Shown here piece by piece: positions 43,988-54,474 of a stretch of 64,000 nt of DNA; the first letter of the stretch is position 1; every line of letters starts with the position of its first letter. The position numbers were made by a program, and so were the translations under genes. This stretch comes from Acidobacteriaceae bacterium (GTDB lineage: Bacteria > Acidobacteriota > Terriglobia > Terriglobales > Acidobacteriaceae). The notes beneath the pieces were generated by a model. The model saw only the letters and a list, made by a program, of their open reading frames with translations, was not told the origin of the DNA and searched no databases. The stretch lies in contig DAHUZH010000005.1 in NCBI GenBank assembly GCA_027306695.1, positions 358-64,357 on the forward strand, in the 5' to 3' direction.

Positions 43988-45709
43988 CTACAATTTTCCA
44001 GCCTGTTGCTTGTTGGGGACATATCCCTGTCCGCGCAATACCTTCCCCGGCAGCGCCCCGGTCATTTTTCCTTGGTCGATTACCGGCACACCGTTTATAA
44101 GCACATAATCCATCCCTTGGGAAAGCTGATTCGGTTTTTCGTAAGTGGCCATATCGCGAATAGTATTAGGATCAAAAATCACAATGTCCGCCCACATGCC
44201 CGTCTTCAATACGCCACGGTCTGTAAACCGCATGCGCTGCGCTGGCAGGGCGGAAAATTTACGGATCGCGTCCTCCAGGGTCAATTTGTGTTCTTCACGC
44301 ACGTACTTCCGCAAAATGCGTGGATAGGTCCCGTACGCTCGCGGATGTGGATGGTTCTGTCCAAGGATGCCTTCCGGCGAAATACCCTCCTCGTCAGTGT
44401 CGATCGAGACCCATGGTTGTTGCAAGGCCAGTGTTACATCTGGTTGCGACATTCCAAAGACAGCCACAGTGGTCGCGGCCTTGTCTTGAATCAATAAGTC
44501 GAACAGGGTATCCAGTGGGTCTTTCCCCCATATCCTCGCTATCTGCGCGAGGGTTTTTCCTTGTAGAGGAGCCAGCTTTGGGTTTTCCAGGCTACAGATC
44601 AGAACAGCATCTGGGCCGGGAATTTCTTGCCATTCGTTATCCCATGTCGTGGTGTCAGTCAGGAGGTCCTTGCGGATGTGCGCGCGTGTTGTGGGGTCCT
44701 GTAAGCGTGCAAGCAGTTTTGCATCGCCACCATCGTGGGCCCAGGGAGGAATGAACGCGGCCAGGCCGTTCGACCACGCAGTGTAGGCATAAGTATCGGC
44801 GGTCACATCCACTCCGCGAGCACGCGCGGCATCGACCTTTGCGACGACCTCTGGCATGCGGCCCCAGTTTTCTTTTCCGGCCACCTTGATGTGCCATATC
44901 TCGACGGGAATGTGAGCCTCACTCCCGATGTGCAGGGCCTCATCAATCGCAGGCAGTACGGAGTTGGATTCGTCGCGCATGTGTGTCGCGTAAATGCCAC
45001 CGAACTTTGAGGCCTCGGCCGCCATCGCAATCAGCTCGCTGGTTTTGGCATAGGGGGCCGGTGGATATTGAAGCGCGCTGGAGATGCCCACCGCTCCATC
45101 GCGCATCGCATCATCGACGAGCGACTTCATCTGTTCCAACTGTGCTGGAGTTGGCTGTTTATCGTCTTCGCCGAGCACCATGCGTCGCACCTGCGTCGCG
45201 CCAACGTAGCTTGCAAAGTTGTTCCCGATGCCTTGTTTTTCCAAACGCGCAAAGTATTGCCGAAATGTTCGCCAGTCTGGAGTAATGCCCAAGTGCTGAT
45301 AAGTCATTCGATTGGACTGAATAATAGCGTCGTTCAGTGGCGCGGCAGAGTCGCCTTCCCCAGTCACCTGCGTTGTAATGCCTTGGTAAATCTTTGAAGG
45401 GAGGCGCGGATCGACCAAGATTGTTTCTTCCGATTGCCCCAACATGTCAATAAATCCAGGTGCGACAACCTGTTCGTGCGCGTCGATCGTGCGTTTGCGC
45501 GTAGCCGCTGTCAGATTTCCTATGGCGGCGATCCGACCGGCCCGAATCCCCATGTCTCCTGAGTACCAGGGCGACCCGGTTCCATCGATGATGTGGCCAT
45601 GAGTGATTACGATATCGAAGGTCTGTGCGGAGCACCAGACGGATGCACTACCCATGCAAACTGCAAACAGTAGGGTAGGGAACAGCGGGCGTAGTTTTAG
45701 AAAGTTCAT
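43988..45709 (-). CDS. Exported D-aminoacylase-like amidohydrolase, paralogue 3
   Basis: Signal peptide MNFLKLRPLFPTLLFAVCMGSASVWCSAQ. 'FDIVITHGHIIDGTGSPW...APGFIDMLGQSE', 'GGIYATHMRDES', 'IWHIKV', 'HPHPRAYGTYPRILRKYV'. Confidence 0.85.
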   Translation of the reverse strand: MNFLKLRPLFPTLLFAVCMGSASVWCSAQTFDIVITHGHIIDGTGSPWYSGDMGIRAGRIAAIGNLTAATRKRTIDAHEQVVAPGFIDMLGQSEETILVDPRLPSKIYQGITTQVTGEGDSAAPLNDAIIQSNRMTYQHLGITPDWRTFRQYFARLEKQGIGNNFASYVGATQVRRMVLGEDDKQPTPAQLEQMKSLVDDAMRDGAVGISSALQYPPAPYAKTSELIAMAAEASKFGGIYATHMRDESNSVLPAIDEALHIGSEAHIPVEIWHIKVAGKENWGRMPEVVAKVDAARARGVDVTADTYAYTAWSNGLAAFIPPWAHDGGDAKLLARLQDPTTRAHIRKDLLTDTTTWDNEWQEIPGPDAVLICSLENPKLAPLQGKTLAQIARIWGKDPLDTLFDLLIQDKAATTVAVFGMSQPDVTLALQQPWVSIDTDEEGISPEGILGQNHPHPRAYGTYPRILRKYVREEHKLTLEDAIRKFSALPAQRMRFTDRGVLKTGMWADIVIFDPNTIRDMATYEKPNQLSQGMDYVLINGVPVIDQGKMTGALPGKVLRGQGYVPNKQQAGKL

Positions 45710-46134
45710 ATCCCCTCAAATCTGTATGTGCTTCGGCTAAACCCCGGTTGAAACCGGCGTGATCCAGTCTACCCAAGAAAAGGGACAATCTAAGGAATGA
45801 AAATGATGCACTCCTTTTTCCTGTTTCACGCTATACCGTCAGAGACATAAGAACTTGATTTCAGGTTGCGATGGACAACTTCACAGATGTGGCCGTCTTC
45901 CAGCTAGATCGCATTACTGAACTTCATGGTATCTTCCGAAGTGCCAATGCGGGCTATGTCATCACAGGTTTCAAAGCCGAGCATAGGAAGCGAATTTATG
46001 TCTTCGAGCCGGGCAGGAGTATCGCAACTTAGAGCGATCCGGATTAAAATTAATCGAATGCAGTGATTTATGATTCAATCCTGAAAAAGTCACGATCCGT
46101 CGATGAAATCTGAGGCATCCAAAGGAATATGAAC

Positions 46135-47772
46135 ATGGCAAAGAGCAGCAAGTCACTTACCCGGCGACCGGCATGGAAGGCCCTCGGAGCGCATTACAAG
46201 CAGATTCGCGATACCCATCTTCGCCAATTGTTTGCAGATGATCCACACCGCGGCGAGCATTTTACGACCGAAGCTGTGGGTATATTTCTGGACTACTCGA
46301 AGAACCGGATTACAGACGAAACCGTAAAGTTGCTCCTGCAACTCGCAGAGGAGTCGGGTCTGCGGTCGCGCATCGACGCGATGTTCAAGGGAGACAAGAT
46401 CAATGTCACGGAGAAGCGGGCGGTGCTGCATGTAGCCCTGCGTGCTCCCAAAGGCGAATTCATTGTTGTCGATGGCGAGGACGTGGTGCCAGCCGTCCAC
46501 AACGTGCTCGATAAGATGACGAGTTTCTGCAACCGCGTCCGCAGCGGCGAATGGAAAGGACATACTGACAGGCGCATTCGCAATGTCGTCAACATCGGCA
46601 TTGGAGGTTCGGATCTTGGCCCGGTCATGGCCTATGAGACGCTGAAACACTACAGCGATCGCGCGATGACATTTCGTTTTGTCTCCAACGTGGACGGGAC
46701 GGATTTTGCCGAGGCTGTTGTCGATCTCGATCCAGCGGAGACACTTTTTATCGTCTCCTCGAAGACCTTCACGACGCTGGAGACGATGACGAATGCGCAT
46801 ACGGCACGGGACTGGTCGCTGGCAGGTTTGGGAGGCGAAGAGATGTCGGTTGCCAAACACTTTGTTGCCGTCTCCACCAATGCGGCAGAAGTGAAGAAAT
46901 TCGGCATCGATACCGCCAACATGTTTGAGTTCTGGGACTGGGTCGGCGGACGCTACTCGATGGATTCTGCCATCGGTCTTTCAACCATGCTTGCCATTGG
47001 TTTGGAAAATTTCCGCGCCATGCTGGATGGTTTCCATCAGATGGATGAGCACTTTCGTACAACTCCGTTTGAAAAGAACCTGCCTGTGCTTCTGGGCCTG
47101 CTGTCTATTTGGTATAACGACTTCTTCGGCGCGCAAACAGTGGCGGTGTTGCCCTATGAGCAATATCTGAAGCGGTTTCCAGCGTACCTGCAACAGTTGA
47201 CCATGGAGAGCAACGGAAAGCACGTAACGTTGAAGGGCAAAGACGTTACTTATAATACCGGCCCCATCTACTGGGGCGAGCCTGGAACGAACGGGCAGCA
47301 CTCGTTCTACCAATTGATCCATCAGGGAACGCGGCTCATTCCATGCGATTTCATCGCTTTCGAGAAGGCATTGAATCCGCTTGGACGCCATCACGACATG
47401 CTGCTTGCGAATGTATTCGCACAGACGGAGGCATTGGCTTTTGGCAAGACTGCCGAACAGGTGAAGGCCGAAGGTACGCCGGATTGGCTCGTGCCTCATC
47501 GGGTGTTCAAGGGCGATCGTCCATCTAATACGATTCTTGCCGAGCAGTTGACGCCAGAGACTCTTGGGAAGTTAGTTGCCCTGTATGAGCACTCTGTCTT
47601 TACGCAGGGCGTCATCTGGCAGATCGACTCGTTCGATCAATGGGGCGTGGAGCTTGGTAAAGTTCTGGCGCAGCGCATCATCGGAGAAATAGAGGGTCCG
47701 GCTGATACTGTGCTCAACCATGATAGTTCTACAAATAATCTGATCAATCGTTATCGAAAACTCAAAGAATAA
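46135..47772 (+). CDS. pgi: Glucose-6-phosphate isomerase
   Basis: '[21 protein letters not shown]', '[15 protein letters not shown]', '[13 protein letters not shown]', '[11 protein letters not shown]' and 'ESNGKHV' are full-length PGI hallmarks. AAAGGA is spaced 8 nt from ATG 46135; the alternative ATG 46129 has only 2-nt spacing. Confidence 0.95.
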   Translation: MAKSSKSLTRRPAWKALGAHYKQIRDTHLRQLFADDPHRGEHFTTEAVGIFLDYSKNRITDETVKLLLQLAEESGLRSRIDAMFKGDKINVTEKRAVLHVALRAPKGEFIVVDGEDVVPAVHNVLDKMTSFCNRVRSGEWKGHTDRRIRNVVNIGIGGSDLGPVMAYETLKHYSDRAMTFRFVSNVDGTDFAEAVVDLDPAETLFIVSSKTFTTLETMTNAHTARDWSLAGLGGEEMSVAKHFVAVSTNAAEVKKFGIDTANMFEFWDWVGGRYSMDSAIGLSTMLAIGLENFRAMLDGFHQMDEHFRTTPFEKNLPVLLGLLSIWYNDFFGAQTVAVLPYEQYLKRFPAYLQQLTMESNGKHVTLKGKDVTYNTGPIYWGEPGTNGQHSFYQLIHQGTRLIPCDFIAFEKALNPLGRHHDMLLANVFAQTEALAFGKTAEQVKAEGTPDWLVPHRVFKGDRPSNTILAEQLTPETLGKLVALYEHSVFTQGVIWQIDSFDQWGVELGKVLAQRIIGEIEGPADTVLNHDSSTNNLINRYRKLKE

Positions 47773-47890
47773 AGGATGGCCCTAACTCTTCACAATATGG
47801 GCCTGAATAAATGCAACACCACAAACCTAAACAGGCCCCAATGGATATTGAAGCGGTTCTCCTAATTGGTGGATAGCTTCTGTTAGATGT

Positions 47891-47945
47891 GTCGTCCTGA
47901 GGTCGGTCGCTGCGGCGACGCGACCTCAGGATGACAACTTCTTTT
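47891..47945. terminator. Long GC-rich hairpin (REP-like element) between convergent pgi and the inositol-oxygenase gene, followed by cttctttt
   Basis: gtcgtcctgaggtcg-gtcgc-tgcg-gcgac-g-cgacctcaggatgac. About 20 bp pair, with one G-U pair and one bulge. T-rich tail at 47938-47945. Confidence 0.6.
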
Positions 47946-48041
47946 GCGCGTTGCTATATAGCAATAGGAGAATCACGATAAAGCCGGGCAGGTAAACTGT
48001 TCAGTCGTCCACCCGTTTGTGATATTTTCACCTTGAAATTG

Positions 48042-48899
48042 CTACCAGGTTATTTCATCCGGGAAGAACTCGGCGATAAGGTCAGCGTAGTATGGCATCA
48101 GTTCTTTCATATCCGGTTTTGCGGACCCTTTGGAGTAAAGGTCGTAGGGGTTGAATGTATGCACCCATTGGAACATTTCTTCATCATGCGGCGACATGAG
48201 ATGCCGGTAGGCCCCATGGCGATGAGCTGAATAGAATGAATGGTAGCGCAGCATATAGTGCGCTGGCTCAGGGAGATAATCTTTTACCACGCGATAGATG
48301 TACTCGTCGTGCCCCCAGGAAAGGTGCACATTGTCCAATCCGCAGTTCGGCTCATAGATTCCATAGAGCGTTTGGTATTCAGCATTCTTGCTGTCAGGAT
48401 TGTTCACGAAGTACTCAGGGAAAACTATCTGGTCAGAATAGGCACAGCCAACTGGAAATGTATCGCCCACAACCGCCCACTGCGGCTCGCCGTACAGGCA
48501 CAAGACTTTGCCAAGATCGTGGAGGAAGCCCGTTAAAATAAACCAGCGCGGGTGGCCATCTTTGCGGATCGCTTCAGACGTTTGCATCAGATGTTCAATT
48601 TGGGAGAGGTCTGTGTCGGGGTCGCTGTCGTCGATTAGCGTATTCAGATAGTTTGCCGCTTCCCAAATACTCTTCTTTCCTTTTTGCAGGGGGTTATACT
48701 GACTCTCTTTTTCCAGAACAAACTGGAGAGTCTGATTGGCATGGTTGAGCCGATAAAACTCTGCAACGGACGGGTCAGATTTCTCGTCATAAATGCGGAA
48801 TTCGGAGTGTTTCTTTCCTTCTCTGTAACGGTTCGCGATAAAGTCGTCCCATTCATCGACACATTTAAGGGGTTTCTGCTGAACCGACGTTGTAGCCAT
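48042..48899 (-). CDS. myo-Inositol oxygenase (MIOX, HD-domain di-iron oxygenase) homologue
   Basis: '[10 protein letters not shown]', '[25 protein letters not shown]', 'GFLHDLGKV', 'SWGHDEYIY', 'MLRYHSFY', 'NPYDLYSK' and a terminal Trp are collinear with eukaryotic MIOX as I remember it. GGAGGA lies 7 nt upstream of ATG 48899; the tracked ORF runs to 48923. Confidence 0.9.
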   Translation of the reverse strand: MATTSVQQKPLKCVDEWDDFIANRYREGKKHSEFRIYDEKSDPSVAEFYRLNHANQTLQFVLEKESQYNPLQKGKKSIWEAANYLNTLIDDSDPDTDLSQIEHLMQTSEAIRKDGHPRWFILTGFLHDLGKVLCLYGEPQWAVVGDTFPVGCAYSDQIVFPEYFVNNPDSKNAEYQTLYGIYEPNCGLDNVHLSWGHDEYIYRVVKDYLPEPAHYMLRYHSFYSAHRHGAYRHLMSPHDEEMFQWVHTFNPYDLYSKGSAKPDMKELMPYYADLIAEFFPDEITW

Positions 48900-49017
48900 A
48901 CAATATCCTCCGTGAATCCACAAAATCTTTTACATTAACGATAAGGCTAACAGCGTAAGAGTAGTCCATGCAAGGTAGGTTGCATCTGCTGGGGCGGGTG
49001 CAGGACAGGTTGGTAAA

Positions 49018-50508
49018 TTGAAGCGAAAAATTTTCATTGCATTCGGGACCGGAATGCTGATTTGTGCCGCAGGTCTGGCACAGACCGTTCCGGCTCCAAT
49101 CCAGACGGTGAGCGAAGCTCTCCGCAATCGGCAATACCAGGCTGCCCTGGCCTTATGCAGCCATGCATTGGAACAAACGCCGCGAGATTACCGGTTGTTT
49201 GCCTTGCGCGGCATGGCCTACTCCGGTTTGCATGAACAGCAGCAGGCCCTTGCCGCTTATATGCACGCACTATCGCTGTCTCCGCACTACATTCCAGCTT
49301 TGGAAGGCGCTGCACAAATCCAGTATCAAAGAGGAAGCGTGCGCGCGATCCCTCTGCTGGATGAATTGCTGAGTGTAGACCCTGAAAACGAAACTACACA
49401 TGCGATGCTGGCGGCCCTTTACTACAAGCAAAATAACTGTACAGCGGCCATCCCTCATTTTGAGCGCAGCATTTCTTTAGTTGCATCCCAGCCGTTGGCG
49501 TACGGGGAATATGGCGCATGTATGTACAGAAGCGAGCATTACGAGAAGGCCGCTGATATTTTTGCGAAGGTGCTGGAGATTCAACCGGATGACCAACATG
49601 TGCGATACGACCTCGCGTTGACCCAGTGGATGGCAAAACGCGACGAGAGTGCGCTGCAAACGCTCGCGCCAATTCTCCAATCGTCCGATCCAGATAGCCA
49701 GGCACTGGGCCTGGCCTCAACCATAGAGGAAGCCGAAGGCGACACGCAAAAAGCAGTAAATTTGTTGCGGCAGGCGATTTTAGCCGATCCTAAAAATATC
49801 GACTTATACCTGCAATTTGCGACACTTAGTTATGCCCATGATTCCTATAAGGTTGGTATAGATATTCTGAATGCCGGGCTGATTCAGCTTCCCAAAGCTG
49901 CTGAGCTATACCTTGCTCGCGGAATTCTTTATATTCAGTCTTCCGACTATGAGAAGGGTATGTCCGATCTGGAGACAGCAAATAAATTGGATCCTACGCT
50001 CGCGTTGACCAATACGGCCGAAGGTCTTCTCGATACACAAAAACACGATTTAAATCAAGCTGTCCAAAAATTTCGTAAAGCAATTCAGGCAAATCCCAAG
50101 GACGCCTATACGCATTACCTGCTTGCGGAAGCTTTAATGTCGCAGGGACAGACCGCCGCAACCAACCAGAACCGCGCTGAGGTGAGAACGGCTGCCCAGC
50201 AGGCAATCCTGCTTGATCCTAAGCTGGTACCGGCGAGAGATTTATTAGCGACGATCGACCTTGAATATGGAGACATACAGGATGCGATCACACAGAGTCG
50301 CGCGGCTCTTCGCCTGGACGCCAACGATCAGATGGCCGTTTATCATCTCATTCTTGCCTTGCGGAAAACGAACGACAAGTCCGAGATTCCTCAACTGGTG
50401 AAACGGCTCGGAGTGTTAAAAAAGGAAAGCGAAACAGAAAAATCTAAAACCAAGATATTGCGTCTGGAAGAACAGCCAGGCGAAGCTTCGGACGGAACAC
50501 GGAATTGA
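49018..50508 (+). CDS. TPR-repeat protein, exported
   Basis: 496 aa. TTG start gives MKRKIFIAFGTGMLICAAGLAQ. About 10 TPR-like units (e.g. YRLFALRGMAYSGLHEQQQALAAYMHALSLSPHY). Confidence 0.8.
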   Translation: MKRKIFIAFGTGMLICAAGLAQTVPAPIQTVSEALRNRQYQAALALCSHALEQTPRDYRLFALRGMAYSGLHEQQQALAAYMHALSLSPHYIPALEGAAQIQYQRGSVRAIPLLDELLSVDPENETTHAMLAALYYKQNNCTAAIPHFERSISLVASQPLAYGEYGACMYRSEHYEKAADIFAKVLEIQPDDQHVRYDLALTQWMAKRDESALQTLAPILQSSDPDSQALGLASTIEEAEGDTQKAVNLLRQAILADPKNIDLYLQFATLSYAHDSYKVGIDILNAGLIQLPKAAELYLARGILYIQSSDYEKGMSDLETANKLDPTLALTNTAEGLLDTQKHDLNQAVQKFRKAIQANPKDAYTHYLLAEALMSQGQTAATNQNRAEVRTAAQQAILLDPKLVPARDLLATIDLEYGDIQDAITQSRAALRLDANDQMAVYHLILALRKTNDKSEIPQLVKRLGVLKKESETEKSKTKILRLEEQPGEASDGTRN

Positions 50509-50617
50509 TGCTGGATGCATAAGAAAGCGCTCCGCCCTTCGGTCTTCACCTGATTTCGGAATCGAGGTATTGTTTTCTTGGGATGGGGACGCAAAATTGC
50601 ACCTCCAGATTTTTTTC

Positions 50618-50645
50618 TTGACAGGCGAATTACGATCCATATATC
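50618..50645 (+). promoter_or_regulatory. Candidate promoter (TTGACA-16 nt-TATATC) upstream of TBDR3
   Basis: ttgaca at 50618-50623 and tatatc at 50640-50645, ~220 nt upstream of ATG 50867. Confidence 0.3.
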
Positions 50646-50866
50646 TTTCTTGCGACCGCTAAAAACAGTGTGTAGCTGTTGCAGAAATGCAAGCAATCAC
50701 ATGCTTTGAACGGTTATCCGTTTAAATCTTGCAAAAGAATTGAAGCGCACATTTTTTCAAGGTTTGTGTAAGCGGCACAGCAATAAATGGAGACGCAGAG
50801 CTATAAGGGAAAACGTTACCCCGGCGTGCGACTGTATCCCAACTTATGTTTTCGGAGGCAATCTTT

Positions 50867-53800
50867 ATGAACATGAAATTTCAACATTTGACCAATGTAG
50901 TCATCTGTGCGGCGATGCTCATGGTGTTTACCGCTGTGGGATTTGCCCAGTTCAGTGGCTACGTCCAGGGTTCTGTCCAGGATCCGAGCGGGGCGGCCGT
51001 TCCGGGAGCGACGCTGACGCTTGAAAACACGCAGACAAATGTGACCATGACGGCGACGTCCGACGCATCCGGCAATTACCGGTTCGTCAGTCTTGCTCCT
51101 GGTTCCTATCAGGTGACGGCGACAGCCAAGGGGTTCGCGCCAACCGTCATTCCTTTTACGCTTGAGACGAACCAGACCTACAACCTTCCAGTCAAGCTGG
51201 CTGTTGGCTCCATGACGCAGTCGGTGAAGGTCACTTCTCAGGCACCGGTACTGGATACCGCCGATAGTCGCAATGAGATGACGTTGGAGACACAGGCACT
51301 TTCGACGCTTCCGCTGGCTGGGCGCAACATGATCAGCCTGGTCACTCTGGCGCCCGGAGTGGAGGGTCTCGGCACAATTGCGGCTGGAAGCCCGGGATCG
51401 GGTGTCGACAACTATTCCACCGAAACGCAGGTAGACGCCAGCGCCAACGGTCAAGGCGCGGTGGGCAATATGTATATTGTGGACGGCCTCGATGTTACCA
51501 GCGCGATCCGCGCGGGTGTACTTAATCTCACGCCTAACCCGGACGGGATTCAGGAGACCAGCATCCAGACCAATACATATAACGTGGAATATGGCCGGGC
51601 AAGCTCAATCCAGATGACCATGACGACCAAGTCCGGCACCGATGCGTATCACGGAAATGCGAGCGATTACTTCAACGATCAATATCTGTTCGACAGGACG
51701 GTATTCACCCCAACCTCCGGGTATGCACCCTTTCACAGCGATAACTTTTCCGGCACCATCGGCGGCCCCATCATCCCGCATCGCCAGGCATTTTTTTTCT
51801 TCGCTATAGAACCATTGCGCGCTGCCACTTCGACTGGAAACAACATCATTACTTTTGAAGACCCCCAGTTCACGGCTTATGCCAAGGCGAATTATCCAAA
51901 CACGATCGGTACGCAACTGTTGACGCAGTATGCTCCCACTGGGGCGTCGAACACATCCGTTGTACAAACTGCGGCCCAGGTATTTCCGGGAACGTGCGGA
52001 ACAGCGGCAACCAACTTCATTCCCTGTAGTTTGCCGATGATCGACCAGGGGGTCTATAACGCAACCAGCTTTAGGAATGCCGACCAATGGAACCTGCGTT
52101 TGGACAAGTATTTCAAGAATGACCGGCTTTACGGGAATTTCTACAGGACTACGCTAAATACTGGCGGCCCCAGTGTGCGGCCAGCGTTTGGGACCACAAA
52201 CAACTACTACCAATGGGCCTTGCAGGTCAATGAGGCCCATACATTTTCACCGACTCTTTTGAATGAAGCCATTGTAGGCATTCTTCGCGTAGAGGGAATA
52301 TCGCCAGCTACCGGAAAGTTTTCTGTCCCATTAGTGAATGTGACCGGTCAGGGAACCGGGTTTGGAGATGGGTTTGCATTGGGCGATTTTATCCAGGAAA
52401 ATTATCACTGGCGCGATGTATTGACGAAGGTCCACGGGAACCACACTTTCAAGGTCGGCCTGGAAGGGACGTTCGATACCGAACTCGAGAATTTCCAGGG
52501 GCCCCATGACCAGCCAACCTTCCAGTTCAACAATCTTCTCGCCCTGGCGCAGGACAATCCATACACCGAATCGGGGGTAGCTTATAATCCGCTGACGGGC
52601 AAGCATGTGGAGTGGGGATGGAATGCGGCCATGACTACATCTGGATTGTTTGCGGAGGACACCTGGAAGGTCCGCAACAACGTTACGCTGACCTATGGTC
52701 TTCGTTGGGACGATTTCGGAAATCCATATTCTCGCAGCGCCCAGACCGTGTTTGCCAATTTCTATTACGGCCCTGGCCAAACCGTCCAACAACAGATTGC
52801 GAACGGTTCTGTGATACAAAAAAATCACGCGCTCAACCGTGCCGTCACCGACATATTCAGCCCACGTATCGGTGTGGCCTGGGACCCCACGAATACCGGA
52901 GTATGGGTCGTCAAGGGAGGGTTCGGCATTTATCATAACTGGCCGACGTTTGCGAACATGCAGGAAGAGTATCGAGGCAATCCACCGGGACCCATTTTTC
53001 CCACCTTCTACCAGGGGACCGCAAACGTACCTTTATTCGTAAATGGAGACAGCAACACACCGCCCTTCGGCTTCACGTATCCGACCCTCCCGGCGGAATC
53101 GTTAAACTCGCAGGGTGGCCTCACTGGGCTGCAATTTCCAATCGGTGGCATCAATCCAGAATTGAAGTCCCCTGTGTCGTATACCTTCAGCGCTGCTGTC
53201 GAACGACAACTATTGCACAATATCGTTGCGAGCGTTGGCTATTCCGGGTCGAAGGACACAGAGTTGCTCTCTGGCGGAGGACAAGTCTATAACGTCAGCT
53301 ATGGCGTGGACATCAATCGCTTCAGAGATGACCTAATTCTGAATAATAGCCTGGTTCCGACACGTCTGAATCATAGCTTCGGGCAGGTATTCTATACGGC
53401 AAATGATCGTACTTCCGCGTACAACGCGTTTATTTTGGATCTTAGGGGCCGGGTGGGTACAAGGGGCTTCTTTAATGTCTCGTATACGCGATCTTCCTCC
53501 ATGGACGACACGCAGGTCTATCCGACCGCCACAAATCCTCATCAGTACTATGCTCCCTCCATCTGGAACGCCCCGAATCGACTCTCTCTGAGCTGGAGCT
53601 ATCAGATCCCGGGCCTGAACCAGGGATCTGGACTCCAAGGTCGTCTCACAAGTGGCTGGGTCATCAGCGGCGACACCATTTTGCAGAGCGGCAATCCGTA
53701 TACTGTCTCTACAAATGCGCCTTTCCTGCCCACGACCAATTCTGCCGGTACATTTACGGGTTATCAGACCAACAGCGGCGATTACAACGCAGATGGGGAC

Positions 53801-54181
53801 AACTACGACTATCCGAACGTGGTCAGCTACCACACCGCAACCAGCCGTAAAGCCTATTTGAATGGTTTGTTCCAGGGTGGAGCGACTGGCCCGTATGCAA
53901 GCGGCTTTTCAAACTTTCCTTTGCCCACATTCGGCCAGGATGGTAACGAACAATATGATCAGTTCCAGGGCCCTGGGTTTGCGGAAACGGATGCGGCGCT
54001 TCTAAAAGATACCCATATTACGAAAACTACAAACCTTCAACTCCGGTTTGAATTTTATAATTTATTCAATCGGGTCAATCTCAACGGAGTGGACGCAAAT
54101 CTTCCGGATGGAAACTTCGGTAAATCGGTAGCGCAGTTTAACCCCCGCTGGATACAGTTGGGCGCGAACTTCATTTTCTAA
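50867..54181 (+). CDS. TonB-dependent outer-membrane receptor with carboxypeptidase-regulatory-like N-terminal domain
   Basis: GGAGG lies 8 nt upstream of ATG 50867. Signal peptide MNMKFQHLTNVVICAAMLMVFTAVGFAQ. 'GSVQDPSGAAVPGATLTLENTQTN...YQVTATAKGF'. The protein ends ...GANFIF. Confidence 0.9.
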   Translation: MNMKFQHLTNVVICAAMLMVFTAVGFAQFSGYVQGSVQDPSGAAVPGATLTLENTQTNVTMTATSDASGNYRFVSLAPGSYQVTATAKGFAPTVIPFTLETNQTYNLPVKLAVGSMTQSVKVTSQAPVLDTADSRNEMTLETQALSTLPLAGRNMISLVTLAPGVEGLGTIAAGSPGSGVDNYSTETQVDASANGQGAVGNMYIVDGLDVTSAIRAGVLNLTPNPDGIQETSIQTNTYNVEYGRASSIQMTMTTKSGTDAYHGNASDYFNDQYLFDRTVFTPTSGYAPFHSDNFSGTIGGPIIPHRQAFFFFAIEPLRAATSTGNNIITFEDPQFTAYAKANYPNTIGTQLLTQYAPTGASNTSVVQTAAQVFPGTCGTAATNFIPCSLPMIDQGVYNATSFRNADQWNLRLDKYFKNDRLYGNFYRTTLNTGGPSVRPAFGTTNNYYQWALQVNEAHTFSPTLLNEAIVGILRVEGISPATGKFSVPLVNVTGQGTGFGDGFALGDFIQENYHWRDVLTKVHGNHTFKVGLEGTFDTELENFQGPHDQPTFQFNNLLALAQDNPYTESGVAYNPLTGKHVEWGWNAAMTTSGLFAEDTWKVRNNVTLTYGLRWDDFGNPYSRSAQTVFANFYYGPGQTVQQQIANGSVIQKNHALNRAVTDIFSPRIGVAWDPTNTGVWVVKGGFGIYHNWPTFANMQEEYRGNPPGPIFPTFYQGTANVPLFVNGDSNTPPFGFTYPTLPAESLNSQGGLTGLQFPIGGINPELKSPVSYTFSAAVERQLLHNIVASVGYSGSKDTELLSGGGQVYNVSYGVDINRFRDDLILNNSLVPTRLNHSFGQVFYTANDRTSAYNAFILDLRGRVGTRGFFNVSYTRSSSMDDTQVYPTATNPHQYYAPSIWNAPNRLSLSWSYQIPGLNQGSGLQGRLTSGWVISGDTILQSGNPYTVSTNAPFLPTTNSAGTFTGYQTNSGDYNADGDNYDYPNVVSYHTATSRKAYLNGLFQGGATGPYASGFSNFPLPTFGQDGNEQYDQFQGPGFAETDAALLKDTHITKTTNLQLRFEFYNLFNRVNLNGVDANLPDGNFGKSVAQFNPRWIQLGANFIF

Positions 54182-54206
54182 AACCAGAACGATCTCGATT
54201 CGACAG

Positions 54207-54246
54207 GCATAGGGCGCTTTCTATAAGCGCCCTATGCGTTTTTTTT
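54207..54246 (+). terminator. Rho-independent terminator
   Basis: Perfect 13-bp stem gcatagggcgctt / aagcgccctatgc with a 5-nt loop (tctat), then T8 at 54239-54246. It lies 26 nt after the TBDR3 stop. Confidence 0.9.
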
Positions 54247-54474
54247 GGCGTGAGAATGTGTCTGGCGACGCAACCCAGGCCAGAATATAGCGCCATATCA
54301 CTATGTGGAACATAGAGTGGTTGAGAAAAAATCGGCTTAACCACAGCCACAGAGTAGTTTCATTTTACCCTGCGCAATCCTTATCTGAAAATGTTGCCCT
54401 ATTGTATTATAGAGTTTCTGTCCTTCCATTTACGGTAGCTGGGACAGGATTCGCACCGAAGGATGCACTTCGCA

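Noticed and set aside
43845-44108. 87-aa ORF beginning MNRRSFLLG (twin-arginine-like)
   Set aside because: After the RR motif there is no hydrophobic h-region or mature domain. Two thirds of it overlaps the 3' end of D-aminoacylase paralogue 3 on the opposite strand. It may be a relic, but is not a supportable gene.
45871-46032. 53-aa ORF (MDNFTDVAVFQLDRITELHGIFRSANAGYVITGFKAEHRKRIYVFEPGRSIAT) in the divergent region upstream of pgi
   Set aside because: It is below the track cutoff, with no obvious RBS and no family recognised. Kept only as a note; conservation or ribosome profiling would be needed.
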